Source: Mytilus californianus
Lineage: Eukaryota
Reading direction: 5' to 3'
Length of the DNA stretch: 64,000 nt
Assembly (NCBI RefSeq): GCF_021869535.1
Contig: NW_026262637.1
Location: 17,112,001 to 17,176,000 of the forward strand
The notes beneath the pieces are model-generated. The model did not search any database. It was not told where the DNA came from and saw nothing but the letters and a program-made list of their open reading frames with translations. Numbering within the stretch: position 1 is the stretch's first letter; each line of letters starts with the position of its first letter. Positions 62,680 through 64,000 of this stretch are shown here, piece after piece. The position numbers and the translations under genes are program-made.

Positions 62680-63465
62680 GTACAGTAGTCAACATTGTGT
62701 TATAATCTTAATCACTATAAAACAAGCAAATATGTCATCAAAATTCAGCTGATAATTTATGTCAATGCCAAGAAGTTTGACGGTTATCACACACGAAAGA
62801 GCAGCACTTTGTATATGTATACATGGATGTTTGTTGTGTGTCTTTTTCCCAACTGATAAAACCTGAAATTTGTCAGGGTTTGCCTGCATTATATTATTTT
62901 TGAACCATTCAATAAGTTAAAGGGATTTGTATTCTAAAGTAGAAATTGAAACATCATAGTCTGGATTACAATAAGATAAAGTATTGTCATTTGCATAATT
63001 ATACAGAATCCCATTATTTATAAATAAGAATATAAAAAAAAACATTGAACAGGAGGGAGCCCAGGATAGAACCATGGGGAAACCCCTTATGAATGTCAGC
63101 CCAACTGCTTAGAATACTATTTATTGATATCTGGTCTTTCCTATTTGACAAATAAGTTTAAAGAAATGAAATCGAATGAGAAGAGACATGACATGCTGAT
63201 AATTTATAAAGCAGAATTGCATATGGTAAGGAATCGAATGCCTTAGAAAAGTCCATTAGAATCGCAGTAATATACTGATTATTATATAATGCTGTACGCC
63301 AATCTTCTAGCCGTCTTAACAGTGTGGTCTGACACCAATAGCCACGTCTAAATGCACATCAATAAGGATAAAATATTTAAAAAAAAAGATACATCTTTTC
63401 AAAATTAAAAAAAAAAAATAGGTAGACGACTGCCAGGCCTATAGTTGGCTTTGTCTAGTTGGTTG
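62680..63465 (-). mobile_element. Decayed CR1/L2-clade LINE RT fragment
   Basis: NYRP, CAFRRG, LMDFSKAFDSL, GFPHGSILGSLLFN, QANPDKFQ, VKLLGI motifs with frameshifts. Confidence 0.8.
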
Positions 63466-64000
63466 GTTTTTGTTTTTGTTTTTGTTCAATGGTTGAACTT
63501 GAGCCAGTTTTGGAGCCAGCTTAAGTCTATCAGGAAATACAACTGTTTTTACAAACTAATAATTTATCAATGTTGGTAACTGTGGCACGATTATAGGTTT
63601 CAACATTTCACTGCCTTTGCTTGTACATGTATGCCATATACTCCAGTAACTGTTTTAATGTTAGTTTTGTTTATAATTTGTGCTACTTTTTCTGTTATTG
63701 TTTTTCTGAAATTCCAATTTTGGGTTTGTGCAATTATGATTTTTTACTTGATTACATGACAAAATAGTTGTTGGGCCGTCGTATATCACATCACTACCAA
63801 TTTTATGGTGAAAAAATGCATTAAAGTGTTCTGAATCATCTTTGGTGTTGTTTATGATTTTGTTGTTTTCACATTAAACAAATTTTTGTTCTCCAGAGTG
63901 ACTTATTTTTTTTTTTTTAGAAAAATGGCTTTATATTTGTCCTAAAGGTAATGTTTTGGTTCTACCTGAAAAAACATTCTAAAAACTATTTTTTCATGGA

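Overview
Eukaryotic, AT-rich, intron-containing genomic DNA, most likely a bivalve mollusc (the interspersed repeats look like Mytilus; this is inference). No prokaryotic features. Host genes: two apparently intact 4-coding-exon paralogs of a transglutaminase-like cysteine peptidase (KY/hillarin family) on the minus strand (25456-32555 and 55874-60094), broken remains of a third paralog (4030-5655 and 17662-17859), and a single-exon Toll-like receptor between the intact paralogs (43554-46103, +). Mobile DNA dominates the rest: a young full-length 10.5-kb Ty3/Gypsy LTR retrotransposon (6542-17071, -; 1546-bp LTRs, ATAT TSD, tRNA-Leu PBS), decayed Penelope-like elements with N-terminal GIY-YIG (Naiad-type), L1/Tx1 and CR1/L2 LINE fragments, MITEs and Helentron-type repeats. 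The first 21.6 kb is a complex inverted duplication (357-4783 vs 17106-21588) with the Gypsy element inserted in the junction. Most notable: the Gypsy element carries, in the env position, an intact extra 445-aa ORF combining N-terminal zinc fingers, a Ser/charged linker and a C-terminal KCTD-type BTB/POZ domain, preceded by an in-frame splice acceptor.
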